Shown here piece by piece: positions 1 to 9,598 of a stretch of DNA of 37,039 bases. Positions within the stretch are counted from its first letter, which is position 1, and each line of letters begins with the position of its first letter. The position numbers and the translations under genes were made by a program. This DNA comes from Solirubrobacterales bacterium (GTDB lineage Bacteria; Actinomycetota; Thermoleophilia; Solirubrobacterales; 70-9): contig JBQCCT010000071.1 in the NCBI GenBank assembly GCA_051961955.1, positions 1 through 37,039 of the forward strand, written 5' to 3'. The notes below the pieces were generated by a model, which ran no database searches, had not been told where the DNA came from, and saw only the letters and a list, made by a program, of their open reading frames with translations.

Positions 1-2
1 AA

Positions 3-845
3 TTCGACCCGATCGCGACCGGGAACGCCTGCGCGACCGCCTCCGGCGCCGACCAGGCGGGCGCCGCGAACTACCGGCTGACGGTGCCGGGCGGCGGCTT
101 CACCCTGCTCGGCGCGCCGACCGTCATCGCCGACCTCGCCACCACCGGCAGCGAGTCCGAGCTCGCCGCTCGCCTCCTCGACATCTCACCCGAAGGCAAA
201 GAGCGACTGGTCGCGCGCGGGCTGCTTCGCCCCGGCGCCGGCGGCAATGTCGTCTTCCAGTTACACCCGCAGGCCTACCGCTTTGCCGGCGGCGACACGG
301 TCAAGCTGGAGCTGTTGCCCAGCGACGCGCCCTACTCGCGGCCCTCGAACCTGCAGGCGCCGATCGCCGTCTCCAACCTCGAGCTGCGGCTACCGGTGCG
401 AGAGCAACCGGGAGCCCTCGGCGGCGTCGTCCAGCCGCCGGCGCCGAAGGTGCTGCCGCCGGGCTACACGCTGGCCGCCGGCTACGAAGAACCCGGCGCG
501 GTGCCGCTCAAAGCCGGCCGCGGGCTGACGACGGTGCGCTCGATCGCCGCCACCCCACGGGCACTGCTGGTGCGCCTGCGCTGCGGTGCCGGCGGCGAAT
601 GCTCTGGCAGGCTCGCGATCGGCGCCCGCGGGAAATCGAGGAAGCGGATGGTGCTGCTGGCGCACAGCCGGTACCTGCTCGCGCCGGGGCAGCGGCAGAC
701 GCTGCGCTTGCAACTCCGCAAAGGTGGCCGCAAGCTTCTCGCAGCGAGGCGTGGCAGCTCCCGGCGCCTGGCGGTCACGGTTCAGCTGGAAGATGCTGCC
801 CGGCCGGATCCACTGCGACTGAAGCGCAGCGTGCGCCTTCGCTAG
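3..845 (+). CDS. 5'-truncated CDS. C-terminal part of a hydrolase-like protein resembling the non-catalytic C-terminal beta-sandwich of the CocE/NonD / X-Pro dipeptidyl-peptidase family, with an Arg-rich tail.
   Basis: Frame 3 is open from the window edge to TAG at 843-845, so the listed start at 84 is internal. High-GC third-position bias. The similarity is from memory of the family pattern (L..G.P.....V.....D.....L.D..P.G....V..G.LR), not a search. Confidence 0.5.
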   Translation, partial: FDPIATGNACATASGADQAGAANYRLTVPGGGFTLLGAPTVIADLATTGSESELAARLLDISPEGKERLVARGLLRPGAGGNVVFQLHPQAYRFAGGDTVKLELLPSDAPYSRPSNLQAPIAVSNLELRLPVREQPGALGGVVQPPAPKVLPPGYTLAAGYEEPGAVPLKAGRGLTTVRSIAATPRALLVRLRCGAGGECSGRLAIGARGKSRKRMVLLAHSRYLLAPGQRQTLRLQLRKGGRKLLAARRGSSRRLAVTVQLEDAARPDPLRLKRSVRLR

Positions 846-1825
846 CCGACGGCCTCCGGCTGCAGCGACTCGGCCTCGAGCTGCGGCGCCCGCCGTCGCT
901 CCCACCAGGTCCAGGCACCCACCACCGCGCCCGCGTAGAGCCAACCGAGGAGGACGTCGAAGAAGTAATGCTCTCCGGTCGCGATCAGGGTGATGCCCAT
1001 CGCCAGCGGATACAGCAGCAACAGCGGCCGTAGCCAGGGGCGTACCCGGCCCCAGAGGAACAGCGCCACCAGCATCGTGAAGGCGGCGTGGAGCGAGGGC
1101 ACCGCGGCGACGAGGTTGACCGCTCCCTGGCCCTCGGAGAAGAGCGAAGCGGTACCGGTCCCCAGGACCTTCCAGCCTTCGCTGACGGTCCGATGGACAG
1201 GACCGAGGAGGCCCTCTTCGGCGGCCAACCACGGCGGCGCCGCCGGGAAGACGACATAGGTGGCAAGACCAGCGAGGGTGAGGGTGACGAGGCGGCGGGT
1301 GAAGCGCTGGAAAGCGACACGGTCACGCGCCCACAACACCCCCGCCAGCGCGAAGGGGACGATGAAGTAGGAGGTGTAGATAAGGGTGAAGAGGACGTCC
1401 CACCAGTGGACGACGCCCGGCGTGTAGATACGTGCCTGCAGCCATTCGGTCGGCACCTCGCCGCCGAAGACGAAGCGGTCGAAGTCAATCATCGGGTGGA
1501 CGTGGACGCCGATCCCCAGCGAGTCCGCCGCCCCGCGCGTGAAGTCGTAAGCGCAAAGGACCGACACGAGCGGCAGCCAGTCGCGCAGGAGCTCGAGGAT
1601 TTCCCGCGGCGGCCGCCCGATCGAAGCGCAGGCGAGGGCGCCACAGGTCCAGAGGATCACCAGCTCGCGCTGAACCGGGATCCCGTAGTGCGCGCTCCAG
1701 AGAATCAGCGCCACCAGGTAGAGACCGAGCGCGTAGGGCCGAAGCACCGCCCACGAGGCGAAGCGGAAGTCCTCAGCCCGCTCGCTTCTGGTCTCGGCAA
1801 CTTCCCCCGTGGCCATCGCACGCAT
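842..1825 (-). CDS. PAP2-superfamily integral membrane protein (PAP2_3 / inositolphosphotransferase-like)
   Basis: 327-aa ORF with multiple hydrophobic helices. C-terminal PAP2-like motifs are PSLHAAF and GEHYFFDVLLGW. Converges on the upstream CDS with a 4-nt overlap. Confidence 0.7.
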   Translation of the reverse strand: MRAMATGEVAETRSERAEDFRFASWAVLRPYALGLYLVALILWSAHYGIPVQRELVILWTCGALACASIGRPPREILELLRDWLPLVSVLCAYDFTRGAADSLGIGVHVHPMIDFDRFVFGGEVPTEWLQARIYTPGVVHWWDVLFTLIYTSYFIVPFALAGVLWARDRVAFQRFTRRLVTLTLAGLATYVVFPAAPPWLAAEEGLLGPVHRTVSEGWKVLGTGTASLFSEGQGAVNLVAAVPSLHAAFTMLVALFLWGRVRPWLRPLLLLYPLAMGITLIATGEHYFFDVLLGWLYAGAVVGAWTWWERRRAPQLEAESLQPEAVG

Positions 1826-1847
1826 GCTACGCAGCCCAAGACGGAAC

Positions 1848-3224
1848 TTAGCTGGCGCCGTCGATCACGCTGTGGACGATCGCAGTTAGGGACTTGCCGA
1901 TCTGGGACCAGGAGTAGCGGTCGACTGCCACGGCGCGGGCTCGCTTACCACGTTGGCGGCGGTCATCGGCATCACGGATCGCGGCGGTCATCGCGGCGGC
2001 GAGGGCGTCGCGGTCGTCGGGCGGGACCAGCCAGCCGGTCTCGGGGTCCTCGGTGATGCTGGCTGGACCACCGCGGTCGACGGCGATGACGGGAAGGCCG
2101 CAGGCCATCGCCTCGATCAGGACCTGGCCGAACTGCTCACGGACGGAGGCATGCACGAGGAGGTCGCCGGCGCGCAGGAACTCCGGCAGCTCGTCGTGGG
2201 CATGCCAACCGGCGAGGAAGACGCCATTGGCGGCGGTGCGCTGGATCGCGTCGTAGGGGTGCTCCCCCTCCCACTCGCCGGGATGGCCGCCGATCAGCAC
2301 CAGCGCCGCCGGCTCGGTCAGCCCCGCCTGCGCTTGCGCGAACGCCTCGATCAACAGCGGCAGGCGCTTGACCGCGGTGAAGCGGCTGACCGCGAGCAGC
2401 ACCGTCCCCGTCAGCGGGTCGAGGTCGCGCTCCTTATAAGAGACGCTGCCGGGGCCGCCACCGGGGCGCCAGCCACAGGGCCGCTCGAGCAGGTGCCGCC
2501 GCCAGTTGGCGCGACGATCCACCCGGCCGGGGGCGAACTCCGGGTCGAAGCCGTTGGGGATGCAAGCGAAGCGCTCCTCCCCGAGCCCCAACAGGCGCGC
2601 CGCGCGCCGCAGGCCGCCGCGGTCGTTGACGACGATCCGCGCGCATCGCGCGGCCCAAACACGCATCCGCGCCGCCCACTCCGCGGCGTGGGTCCAGCCG
2701 GGCGCCCCCGCCTCGATCCGCTCCAGCATCAGCAGCTCGGTGCCGTGGACGTGGCCGATCACCGGCAGCTCCGGCAGCACCCGCGCCGCGGCCTCGTTCA
2801 GCGGCGTCAGGTGGTGGAGATAGAGGAGGTCGGCGCCGGGCGCGGCAGCCTCAGCCAGCGCCGCGGCCCAAGCGTCCACCTGAAGCTCGAAGGTCTCCTC
2901 GCCGAGACTGGCCAGCACCGCGTCCTCGGCCCCGGGCCGATCCTCGTAGGAGCCGTGGATCGGCGCCGTCCCGGCGGGGCCCGAGTAGCGCAGCGGATCC
3001 GGTGAACGGACGGCGGGAGTGAAGTCGACCGCGCGCAGATCGAGCCCGGCGTAGAAGCTCTCCGCCAGCGCCGCGCGCCCGAGATCGCTGCGCGAGCCGG
3101 CCAGCAAGGTCACCGCGAGGCCGTTTTGGCCGAACTCCCTGGCAATCGCACGGCAGGCGTGCGCCGAGCCGCCGCGGGGATAGAAGTAGATCCCCATCAG
3201 CACTCTGTCAGCAGCAGCACCCAC
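1848..3224 (-). CDS. Glycosyltransferase family 4 (GT-B, glycosyl transferase group 1)
   Basis: 458-aa ORF. N-terminus is MGIYFYPRGGSAH. The C-terminal half carries a GT1/GT4-type E-x7-E region (VHASVREQFGQVLIEAMACGLPVIA). Confidence 0.8.
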   Translation of the reverse strand: MGAAADRVLMGIYFYPRGGSAHACRAIAREFGQNGLAVTLLAGSRSDLGRAALAESFYAGLDLRAVDFTPAVRSPDPLRYSGPAGTAPIHGSYEDRPGAEDAVLASLGEETFELQVDAWAAALAEAAAPGADLLYLHHLTPLNEAAARVLPELPVIGHVHGTELLMLERIEAGAPGWTHAAEWAARMRVWAARCARIVVNDRGGLRRAARLLGLGEERFACIPNGFDPEFAPGRVDRRANWRRHLLERPCGWRPGGGPGSVSYKERDLDPLTGTVLLAVSRFTAVKRLPLLIEAFAQAQAGLTEPAALVLIGGHPGEWEGEHPYDAIQRTAANGVFLAGWHAHDELPEFLRAGDLLVHASVREQFGQVLIEAMACGLPVIAVDRGGPASITEDPETGWLVPPDDRDALAAAMTAAIRDADDRRQRGKRARAVAVDRYSWSQIGKSLTAIVHSVIDGAS

Positions 3225-3252
3225 TGCCTGCAGCTAGCCGCCGGCGGAGCTT

Positions 3253-4038
3253 CTAAAACGCTTGGCGCGGAGCGATGTGGAGGGCAGTGGCGACCTCGCG
3301 GCCGCCGCGCAGCTCGATCCCGTGCTCCTCGCGCGGGGTGTTGACGAGGGCACCGTCGACGACGAGCGAGGCCGAGCCGCCGCCGTCGAGGTTCATCGCC
3401 ATCTCAGCGCCGACCTCGACCATTGCCGCGGCCAGCTCCTCCATCGTCAGGCCGGCCTCATCGTCGGCACGGCCTTCGCAGGCAACCGCGATCAGCTCCT
3501 GCCGCGAGAGACCGAGCGCCGCCCGTGGGTAGCGACCGTCGGTGATGTCGGAGTCGAACTGACGCGCCCCGGCTGAGAAGCCCTCGGTGTCCACTCCCGC
3601 CCGTACCTGTCGCCGGCCGTGGGCGACCAGCATCGGTCCTGCCTGCAGGAGGTCACCGCGGGGGACGCCACCGAACTCGCGCCGCGGTGCGATCCGGGCC
3701 GCGCCTTCATGCACGTGCAGGCAGGCGCGCTTACGGTGCCAGGGCTGATCGAAGGGCTCGGTCGGCAGCGCTTCCCCGTCGATCCAGACGTCTCCTAGCG
3801 CCGGACCGCCAGGCCTCATGTAGAAGCCGCCGACGATCGCGTGGGCAGCGCCGCTGCGCTCGCACCACTCACGCACCGTCGAACATGGCTCCAGCGCTAC
3901 GACCCGCGGCACGAACTCCTCGCGGGCAAAGCGGGCAACGTGCAGCGTCGTCTCCGCCCCGTCGAAGAGGCGCAGCCGGCGCCGCTCCAGCAGCGGCCGG
4001 GGCGACTCGACGTCGATGAGTGGGGGTGCCGTTCGCAT
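3253..4038 (-). CDS. Phosphodiester glycosidase family protein (DUF2233/NAGPA-like)
   Basis: Characteristic C-terminal NLDGGGSASLVVDG motif. The ORF extends to 4107, but ATG at 4038 (MRTAPPL) leaves a realistic divergent promoter gap to the gene at 4124. The start is uncertain. Confidence 0.65.
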   Translation of the reverse strand: MRTAPPLIDVESPRPLLERRRLRLFDGAETTLHVARFAREEFVPRVVALEPCSTVREWCERSGAAHAIVGGFYMRPGGPALGDVWIDGEALPTEPFDQPWHRKRACLHVHEGAARIAPRREFGGVPRGDLLQAGPMLVAHGRRQVRAGVDTEGFSAGARQFDSDITDGRYPRAALGLSRQELIAVACEGRADDEAGLTMEELAAAMVEVGAEMAMNLDGGGSASLVVDGALVNTPREEHGIELRGGREVATALHIAPRQAF

Positions 4039-4123
4039 TCCGGAAGACCTAACCCAGATCGCCCGGAATGGAACAGCACCCCCAGGACGGACTCGCGCAC
4101 GGCTCATGCCTATGGTTCGCTAA

Positions 4124-5125
4124 ATGGCACCCGCGCCCGTCCCCCTCTCAATCCTCGATCTCGCCGCAGTCGGCAGGGAGGAGACGATTGCTGAGAGCTT
4201 CGCGGGGAGCGTCAAGCTGGCGAGGGTCGCGGAGCGGAACGGCTACCGACGCATCTGGTACGCCGAGCACCACAACATCTCCTCGATCGCCTCCTCGGCG
4301 ACCGCGGTGCTGATCGCTCACATCGCCGCCCAGACCGAGACGATCCGTCTTGGCGCCGGCGGGGTGATGTTGCCGAACCACTCGCCGCTGGTGATCGCCG
4401 AGCAGTTCGGGACGCTGGAGAGGCTACACCCGGGCCGGATCGACCTCGGATTGGGGCGAGCGCCGGGGACCGACCAACGGACCTGGATGGCCCTGCGCCG
4501 CGACCCGCGGGCGAGCGACCGCTTCCCCCAAGACGTTGTCGAGCTGCAGAAGTTCCTCAGCGACGAGAGCCCGCTTGCCGGGATACGGGCGATCCCCGGC
4601 CACGGCACCCAGGTGCCCCTCTACATCCTCGGCTCCTCCCTCTTCGGCGCCGAGCTCGCGGCCGAGCTCGGACTTCCTTACGCCTTCGCCTCCCACTTCG
4701 CGCCGCGCTTCCTGCACGAGGCGATCACGCTCTACCACGAGGAGTTCAAGCCCTCCCAACAGCAGCCCGAGCCCTACGTCATCGCTGGCGTCGGCGTCAT
4801 CGCCGCCGAGACTGCGGAGGGCGCCGCCGCCCAGTTCGAGGCGGCTCGCCGCCTCCGCGCCCGCGCCCTCTTCGGTCGCGGCCAAAAGCTCAGTGAAGAG
4901 GATGTCACCGCCCTCCTCGCATCGCCCCAGGCTGCCGCCGTCGACGAAATGCTCGCCTACACCGCGGCCGGCACCCCCGACGAGGTCGCCGCCTACCTCG
5001 AGAAGTTCGCCACTGAGACCGACGCCGACGAGCTGATGACCGTCCACTATTCCGACTCGGTGCCGAACCGCCTGCGCTCGGTCGAGCTACTGGCCGGCGC
5101 GCTCAGCCCAGACCCAGCACCTTAA
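4124..5125 (+). CDS. LLM-class flavin-dependent oxidoreductase (luciferase-like, MsnO8-type)
   Basis: 333 aa. N-terminal LSILDL...YRRIWYAEHH and GGVMLPNHSPLVIAEQFGTLERLHPGRIDLGLGRAPG are hallmark LLM motifs. Confidence 0.85.
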   Translation: MAPAPVPLSILDLAAVGREETIAESFAGSVKLARVAERNGYRRIWYAEHHNISSIASSATAVLIAHIAAQTETIRLGAGGVMLPNHSPLVIAEQFGTLERLHPGRIDLGLGRAPGTDQRTWMALRRDPRASDRFPQDVVELQKFLSDESPLAGIRAIPGHGTQVPLYILGSSLFGAELAAELGLPYAFASHFAPRFLHEAITLYHEEFKPSQQQPEPYVIAGVGVIAAETAEGAAAQFEAARRLRARALFGRGQKLSEEDVTALLASPQAAAVDEMLAYTAAGTPDEVAAYLEKFATETDADELMTVHYSDSVPNRLRSVELLAGALSPDPAP

Positions 5126-5984
5126 TCGTCCGGGTCGCCATTTCCGCCTCGCCGAGGGCGTTCGGATGCACGATCACCGGATTGGTGCCTTGAAGTACGG
5201 GCTCGATCCAGCGGACGCCGATCGGTTTGCAGGCATCGTGGCCTTCCGAGACTTTGTTGAAGTTCACGTAGATCGAACCGGAGGCTGCGGCAGCGCGCCG
5301 CACGGCGTCGTTGAGCGTCGCCTGGATACCGCGGACGTAGGGGACGTCCCCTTCGGCAACCGGCATCTTGTCGAAGCAGCCTCCGCTCGGCGGCATGATC
5401 CACGGGTAACCGAGGATCGCGACCCGGGCCCGCGGCGCCTTTGCCCGCACCGCATTTAGCGCTCTCACCAGCGAGGGATAAGTCGTGTTCTTGATCGTTT
5501 CTTCGAATGAAGACCCGTAGCGGTCCCTGCAAGGACTGCCCTGGCCCAGCGTCGAGAGGCCGGCGGCGCCGCAGTCGAACAGGGTTTCGATGAAGACGTT
5601 GCTGTCGTTACCGCCGATGGTCATCGTTACGAGCTGGGTTTCGGGTCCCAGGGCGTCGAGCTGCGGCGCCACTCCCGGGTACTGCGATTCGAAGAAGTGG
5701 CTCGTCTCCGCAGCGCCGCAGGTGACGTCCTTCAGCTGCACCCCGGTCGCGCTGGCGATCACGTGCGGGTAATTGCGAAGCGAGCGCAGGCAGTCGGGCG
5801 GCGCCAACGGATCGGGTGGCAGCACTCCGGAGGCAGCGCTGTAGGAGTCGCCGAGCGCCACGTACCGCAGCGGCGAAGCTGCCGCGCTCGCCGCCTGCCC
5901 AAGGAGCGCAAGGAGAAGGACCGCCCCGACAACGGCGACGAAGGTGAGCTTGCGGGTGCGCGTAATGGGCTGACTGGTGATCAT
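5103..5984 (-). CDS. Secreted SGNH/GDSL-family lipase/esterase
   Basis: Signal-peptide-like N-terminus (LLLALLGQAASAAA). Block I is ALGDSYSA and block III is GGND. Has a Cys-rich pattern typical of actinobacterial SGNH esterases. Confidence 0.8.
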   Translation of the reverse strand: MITSQPITRTRKLTFVAVVGAVLLLALLGQAASAAASPLRYVALGDSYSAASGVLPPDPLAPPDCLRSLRNYPHVIASATGVQLKDVTCGAAETSHFFESQYPGVAPQLDALGPETQLVTMTIGGNDSNVFIETLFDCGAAGLSTLGQGSPCRDRYGSSFEETIKNTTYPSLVRALNAVRAKAPRARVAILGYPWIMPPSGGCFDKMPVAEGDVPYVRGIQATLNDAVRRAAAASGSIYVNFNKVSEGHDACKPIGVRWIEPVLQGTNPVIVHPNALGEAEMATRTIKVLGLG

Positions 5985-6068
5985 CGATTTTCAGTACTCC
6001 CGAACGCAACTCTCCCCAAAGCAGGCACCGCCCAAACATCGGGTCGGAAACCGACGCAGCTTGCGGCG

Positions 6069-6908
6069 TCAGGCCGCAGCCTCAATGACGCAGAGCATGC
6101 CGGCGCCGGGGTCTTCACCGGCCTCGGCGGCGGCGGGGTGCTCGTCGCCGCTATGCAGCCTGGCCTGCGTGAAGCCGGCCTCGAGCAGCTCGGCCTCGGC
6201 CGAATCCTCGTCGCCGCTGTAGGCGTGAATCTTGCCGCGGACGAAGGCGCTGAGGATCAGCCCGAAGGCGCGCTCGGGGACACCGGGGTCATGGCTGGCC
6301 AGACGGAGGTCGGACAGATAGACGCCCCGCGAGAAGGGCCTCAGCGCTCTCGCCAGACGGGCCCACAGGTCCGCCACAACCTCATCCTCGAGATAGACGA
6401 GCAGACCCTCGGTGATGACCGCCAATCCTCTGTCCGGATCCATGTCCTCGACCAGGGCCTCGAGGCTCCCCGCGCCGCCCTCCCGGAGCACGTCGAGATT
6501 GACGACGCGGTGGCAGTCGTCAAGCGATCCCATCTGCGCCAGTGCCGCGCGCTTGCGCTGGGCCATCGCCGGCAGGTCGGCCTCGATGTAGGTGAGCTTC
6601 TCTCCGTAGCGCTGGCTGAAGCGCCAGCCGCGAGGCGACATGCCGCAGGCAACCTCGATCACCTGGCTGGCGCCGTCGCTGATCAGGTTCTCGAGAAGGG
6701 CGTCGATGATCCGGTGCCGCGCGAGCAGAACGCCTTCGAGGGTCGGACCACCGAAGAGCCTGCTGGCCGCGTTCGGCAGGGCCATCGTGCCGTGGAAGAC
6801 GCGACCCTGCCAAGTCGCGAGACGGGGATGGGAGAGGCCGTTTCGAACCCAGGTCTCGCCGGTGTAGTGGGCGGTCGGGGAGATCGCCCCCGATCCTTCG
6901 CTTGCCAT
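6069..6908 (-). CDS. Class I SAM-dependent methyltransferase (LCMT / O-methyltransferase-like)
   Basis: The recognisable protein starts at MASEGSG (ATG complement at 6906-6908). Contains VIEVACGMSPRG (motif I-like) and ITEGLLVYL. The upstream 144 codons of the 423-aa ORF are Arg/Gly-rich shadow sequence. Confidence 0.7.
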   Translation of the reverse strand: MASEGSGAISPTAHYTGETWVRNGLSHPRLATWQGRVFHGTMALPNAASRLFGGPTLEGVLLARHRIIDALLENLISDGASQVIEVACGMSPRGWRFSQRYGEKLTYIEADLPAMAQRKRAALAQMGSLDDCHRVVNLDVLREGGAGSLEALVEDMDPDRGLAVITEGLLVYLEDEVVADLWARLARALRPFSRGVYLSDLRLASHDPGVPERAFGLILSAFVRGKIHAYSGDEDSAEAELLEAGFTQARLHSGDEHPAAAEAGEDPGAGMLCVIEAAA

Positions 6909-6935
6909 TGCCCGCAGGCTAGCGTTGAAGGGAAG

Positions 6936-7517
6936 ATGAGGCTCCCGGAGAGTGCCCATACCTCGCAGCCGTGGCGGATCCACGAGCTGACGCGTGACTT
7001 TCGCCTCGAGGACGTGTGGGCCCTGCCCACCCCCGGCGGGCCGGAGGACTTCCCGCGGCTGGTGCGGCTCGCGACCTCGCTCGACCCGGCGCAGAGCTCC
7101 TCCGCTGCCGTCCGCGCCCTCTTCGCGATCCGCTGGAAGGTCGGCGGCCTGCTCGGCTGGGACGACCCGGGCAGCGGCCTCGGCTCCAGGGTTCCGACCC
7201 TGCGGGAGCGGCTGCCGGCGGACCTGCGCGATGGCCCCTCCCCGCCTGCCCCCGAGGGGGTCCCGTTCTCGCCGCTTTACGTAACCAACGACGAGTACGC
7301 CGCCGAGATCGCCAACGGGACGATGCACGGCGTCCTCCACCTAGGCTGGGTCGCTGACGGGAGCGGCGGCTACCGCGGCCAGATGGCTGTCCTGGTCAAA
7401 CCGAACGGACACCTCGGCTTGGCCTACATGACCGCGATCGCGCCTTTCCGACACCTGATCGTCTATCCCCGGATGATGCGCGAGTTCGGCCGCGCCTGGC
7501 GACGGCAAGGCCCCTAA
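6936..7517 (+). CDS. DUF2867 domain-containing protein
   Basis: Only the C-terminal 193 codons of the 606-aa ORF look protein-like (MRLPESAHTSQPWRIHELTRDFRLEDVWALP...). ATG at 6936. Divergent from the methyltransferase with a 27-bp gap. Confidence 0.6.
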   Translation: MRLPESAHTSQPWRIHELTRDFRLEDVWALPTPGGPEDFPRLVRLATSLDPAQSSSAAVRALFAIRWKVGGLLGWDDPGSGLGSRVPTLRERLPADLRDGPSPPAPEGVPFSPLYVTNDEYAAEIANGTMHGVLHLGWVADGSGGYRGQMAVLVKPNGHLGLAYMTAIAPFRHLIVYPRMMREFGRAWRRQGP

Positions 7518-7885
7518 CCGGCCGAGGACGCGTTCAGCTCAACGGCTTCACGAATCAGCCCCTTCAGCGCCTCCGCGTCGATCTCGTCCTCCTCGTGGAA
7601 ATCGATCGCGCGCCTGGCGTTGCCCTCGAGGCTGGAGTTGAAGAGACCGGCGGGGTCCTTCAGCGAGGCGCCCTTGAGGAAGGTCATCTTCACGACTTTC
7701 TTGTAGGTCTCGCCGGTGCAGATGATTCCGGCGTGCTCCCACACCGGCGTCCCTTTCCATTTCCACTCCTCGACCACCTCGGGGTCGGCCTGCTTGATCA
7801 GAGCTCGGATCTGGGCGAGCCGCTCGCCCCGCCAGTCGCCTAGCTCCTCGATCCTTGCGTCTATCTGTTCAGCGGGAGACTTCAT
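7514..7885 (-). CDS. DUF1801 (YdhG-like) domain-containing protein
   Basis: MKSPAEQIDARIEELGDWRGERLAQIRALI...EEWKWKGTPVW matches the family pattern. ATG at 7885 overlaps the stop of the upstream VOC gene (ATGA). Confidence 0.7.
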   Translation of the reverse strand: MKSPAEQIDARIEELGDWRGERLAQIRALIKQADPEVVEEWKWKGTPVWEHAGIICTGETYKKVVKMTFLKGASLKDPAGLFNSSLEGNARRAIDFHEEDEIDAEALKGLIREAVELNASSAG

Positions 7886-8286
7886 GCCGGCGGCTGGTCG
7901 ATGCGCACGAGGTTGCCGGAGGGGTCGCGCAGGGCGAAGTCCCGCGTGCCCCATGGCCGCTCGGCCGGCTCTTCGACGATCTCGGCATCCGCGGCGCGCA
8001 CCTTCTCGAAGATCGCGTCTAGGTCGTCGGTGTGGAAGTGGACGCCGTTGAGGGCGCCCTTGGCGACGAGGGCGGCAACCGCGTCGTTGTCGGCGGGGCT
8101 GCCGTTCAGGTAGTTGGTGAGAACGATCGCGATGCTGGGCTGGGAGGCGGCGCCTACCGTGATCCAGCGGAAGCCGTCTTTGCCGACGTCGTTGCGCAAC
8201 TCGAGGCCGAGCGTGTCGCGGTAGAAGCTCAGCGCGAGGTCGGGGTCATGGACGATGACGAAGCATTGGGAGAGAGTTAGGTTCAT
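7882..8286 (-). CDS. VOC family protein (glyoxalase/bleomycin-resistance fold)
   Basis: 134 aa. N-terminal FYRDTLGLEL and C-terminal PWGTRDFALRDPSGNLVRI are typical VOC signatures. Confidence 0.8.
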   Translation of the reverse strand: MNLTLSQCFVIVHDPDLALSFYRDTLGLELRNDVGKDGFRWITVGAASQPSIAIVLTNYLNGSPADNDAVAALVAKGALNGVHFHTDDLDAIFEKVRAADAEIVEEPAERPWGTRDFALRDPSGNLVRIDQPPA

Positions 8287-8295
8287 ATCCCAAGG

Positions 8296-8769
8296 CTAGG
8301 CAGCCAGGGCCGCGGCCGTTTCTCCAATCCTGCTCGGCTTGCGAGCCGGGCGGGTGACGTCCTTGGCGACGCAACCGGGCACGCTCGCGAGCGCGCTGTG
8401 GTCGCGAGCCCCGTAACCCGTCGGCGTCTCCCCCACCAGCTCGGTGAAGCGGGCGCTGAACGAGCCGAGCGAGGTGCACCCGACCTCCATGCAGACCTCG
8501 GTGACCGAGAGATCGCCGCGGCGCAGCAGCGCCTTCGCCCGCTCGATTCGCCTCGTCATCAGGTAGGCGTAGGGAGTCTCCCCATACGCCGCCCGGAACC
8601 GCCGCGAGAAGTGCGCGGTCGACATCAGCGCCGCCCGCCCGAGCTCGGCGACCTCGAGCGGCCGCGCGTACTCGCGGTCCATCAGATCACGAGCGCGGCG
8701 CAGATGCGCGAGGTCGGCGAGCTCCTCCGGCGTCACGATTGTGAGGGTAGCGAGGGACCGTCGTAGCAT
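8296..8769 (-). CDS. Short AraC-family transcriptional regulator (HTH-only, MarA/SoxS-like size)
   Basis: Dual HTH_18-type region (AHFSRRFRAAYGETPYAYLMTRRIERAKALL...VTEVCMEVGCTSLGSFSARF). Start taken at ATG 8769 (MLRRSLATL). The longer ORF prefix is Ser/Ala/Gly shadow. Confidence 0.75.
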   Translation of the reverse strand: MLRRSLATLTIVTPEELADLAHLRRARDLMDREYARPLEVAELGRAALMSTAHFSRRFRAAYGETPYAYLMTRRIERAKALLRRGDLSVTEVCMEVGCTSLGSFSARFTELVGETPTGYGARDHSALASVPGCVAKDVTRPARKPSRIGETAAALAA

Positions 8770-8830
8770 TGGCCCTCCCTCCCCGGCGGCCCGCCCCGGG
8801 GGCGGAGTAGCTGCCACAGAGGCGCGAGCT

Positions 8831-9499
8831 CTATCCGGGCGAGCGAGGAAATGGCTGGGCACTGCCCCAGACCAGGGGCTTGACGATCGCCGGCATCCCT
8901 CGCCAGCGGCCGCGCTCGACCGACTCAACCCGCAGTTGTGACTCAATCGTCGCCAACGTCGGCCGATCGCAGCGGCAGCCGTCGGCGAAAGCGGCCCAGG
9001 GCCGCGCCGAGCGCCGCTGCCACGAACGTCGCCAACCCGGCTCCGCCTCCACGTGCTCGCAGAAGAGCAGGCGGCCTCCCGGCTTCAGGACCCGGGCTAC
9101 CTCTGTGATCGCACCCATCGGGTTAGAGACCGTGCAGAGGACGAGGGTTGAGACGACGGTGTCGAAGGTTTCCTCGGCAAAGGGGAGCTGCTCGGCGGGA
9201 GCGCGGACGAGTTTGGTTGGCACGCCGTCGGGGGCTCGCGAGAGGTCGATGCGATCCGCCATCGGCTCGCCCGGCTCAGCCAGAACGAGCTCCTCCAGCC
9301 CGGCCGGGTAATGGCGAAGGTTGAGGCCGGTCCCCGCGCCGATCTCGAGCACAGAGCCGCGGGCCTCGGCCAGGAGCTCCCGCCGTCGCGCTGCCATGCC
9401 CAGCCGCTCGCCGAGCCAGAGAAAGGGCTCGTAGAGGGCTGCGGTGAAGCGGCTTTCGGCGACTTCGACGGATGGGTTCGACGCGGTGCTAGTAGTCAT
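8831..9499 (-). CDS. Class I SAM-dependent methyltransferase (Methyltransf_11-like)
   Basis: Motif I is VLEIGAGTGLNL. Post-I and motif II/III spacing fit the family, with LKPGGRLLFCEH. First gene of a four-gene minus-strand operon. Confidence 0.8.
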   Translation of the reverse strand: MTTSTASNPSVEVAESRFTAALYEPFLWLGERLGMAARRRELLAEARGSVLEIGAGTGLNLRHYPAGLEELVLAEPGEPMADRIDLSRAPDGVPTKLVRAPAEQLPFAEETFDTVVSTLVLCTVSNPMGAITEVARVLKPGGRLLFCEHVEAEPGWRRSWQRRSARPWAAFADGCRCDRPTLATIESQLRVESVERGRWRGMPAIVKPLVWGSAQPFPRSPG

Positions 9500-9598
9500 G
9501 CCTTCGATTCAAGCGCCGCGCCGTCGTCGTCGCTTCGCCTGTTCGGGCCAAATTCGGATGGCCTTTTCGGGCCATATCTCCGGTTCTAAGCTTGGTTC

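Noticed and set aside
390-3005. Long alternative-frame ORFs (390-1232 minus, 1088-2056 plus, 1953-3005 plus and smaller ones)
   Set aside because: They lie antisense or out of frame to genes with clear family motifs (PAP2, GT4). Their composition is dominated by Arg/Pro/Gly/Ala, so they are high-GC shadow ORFs.
5697-6935. N-terminal two-thirds of the 606-aa plus-strand ORF
   Set aside because: It runs antisense to the SGNH lipase and the methyltransferase. The sequence is Arg/Gly/Ala-rich, typical of shadow frames in high-GC DNA. Only the last 193 codons (DUF2867) look like a real protein.
6909-7340. N-terminal 144-codon extension of the 423-aa minus-strand ORF
   Set aside because: It overlaps the DUF2867 gene antisense and is low-complexity (R/G/P/A). 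The methyltransferase fold begins at MASEGSG (6908).
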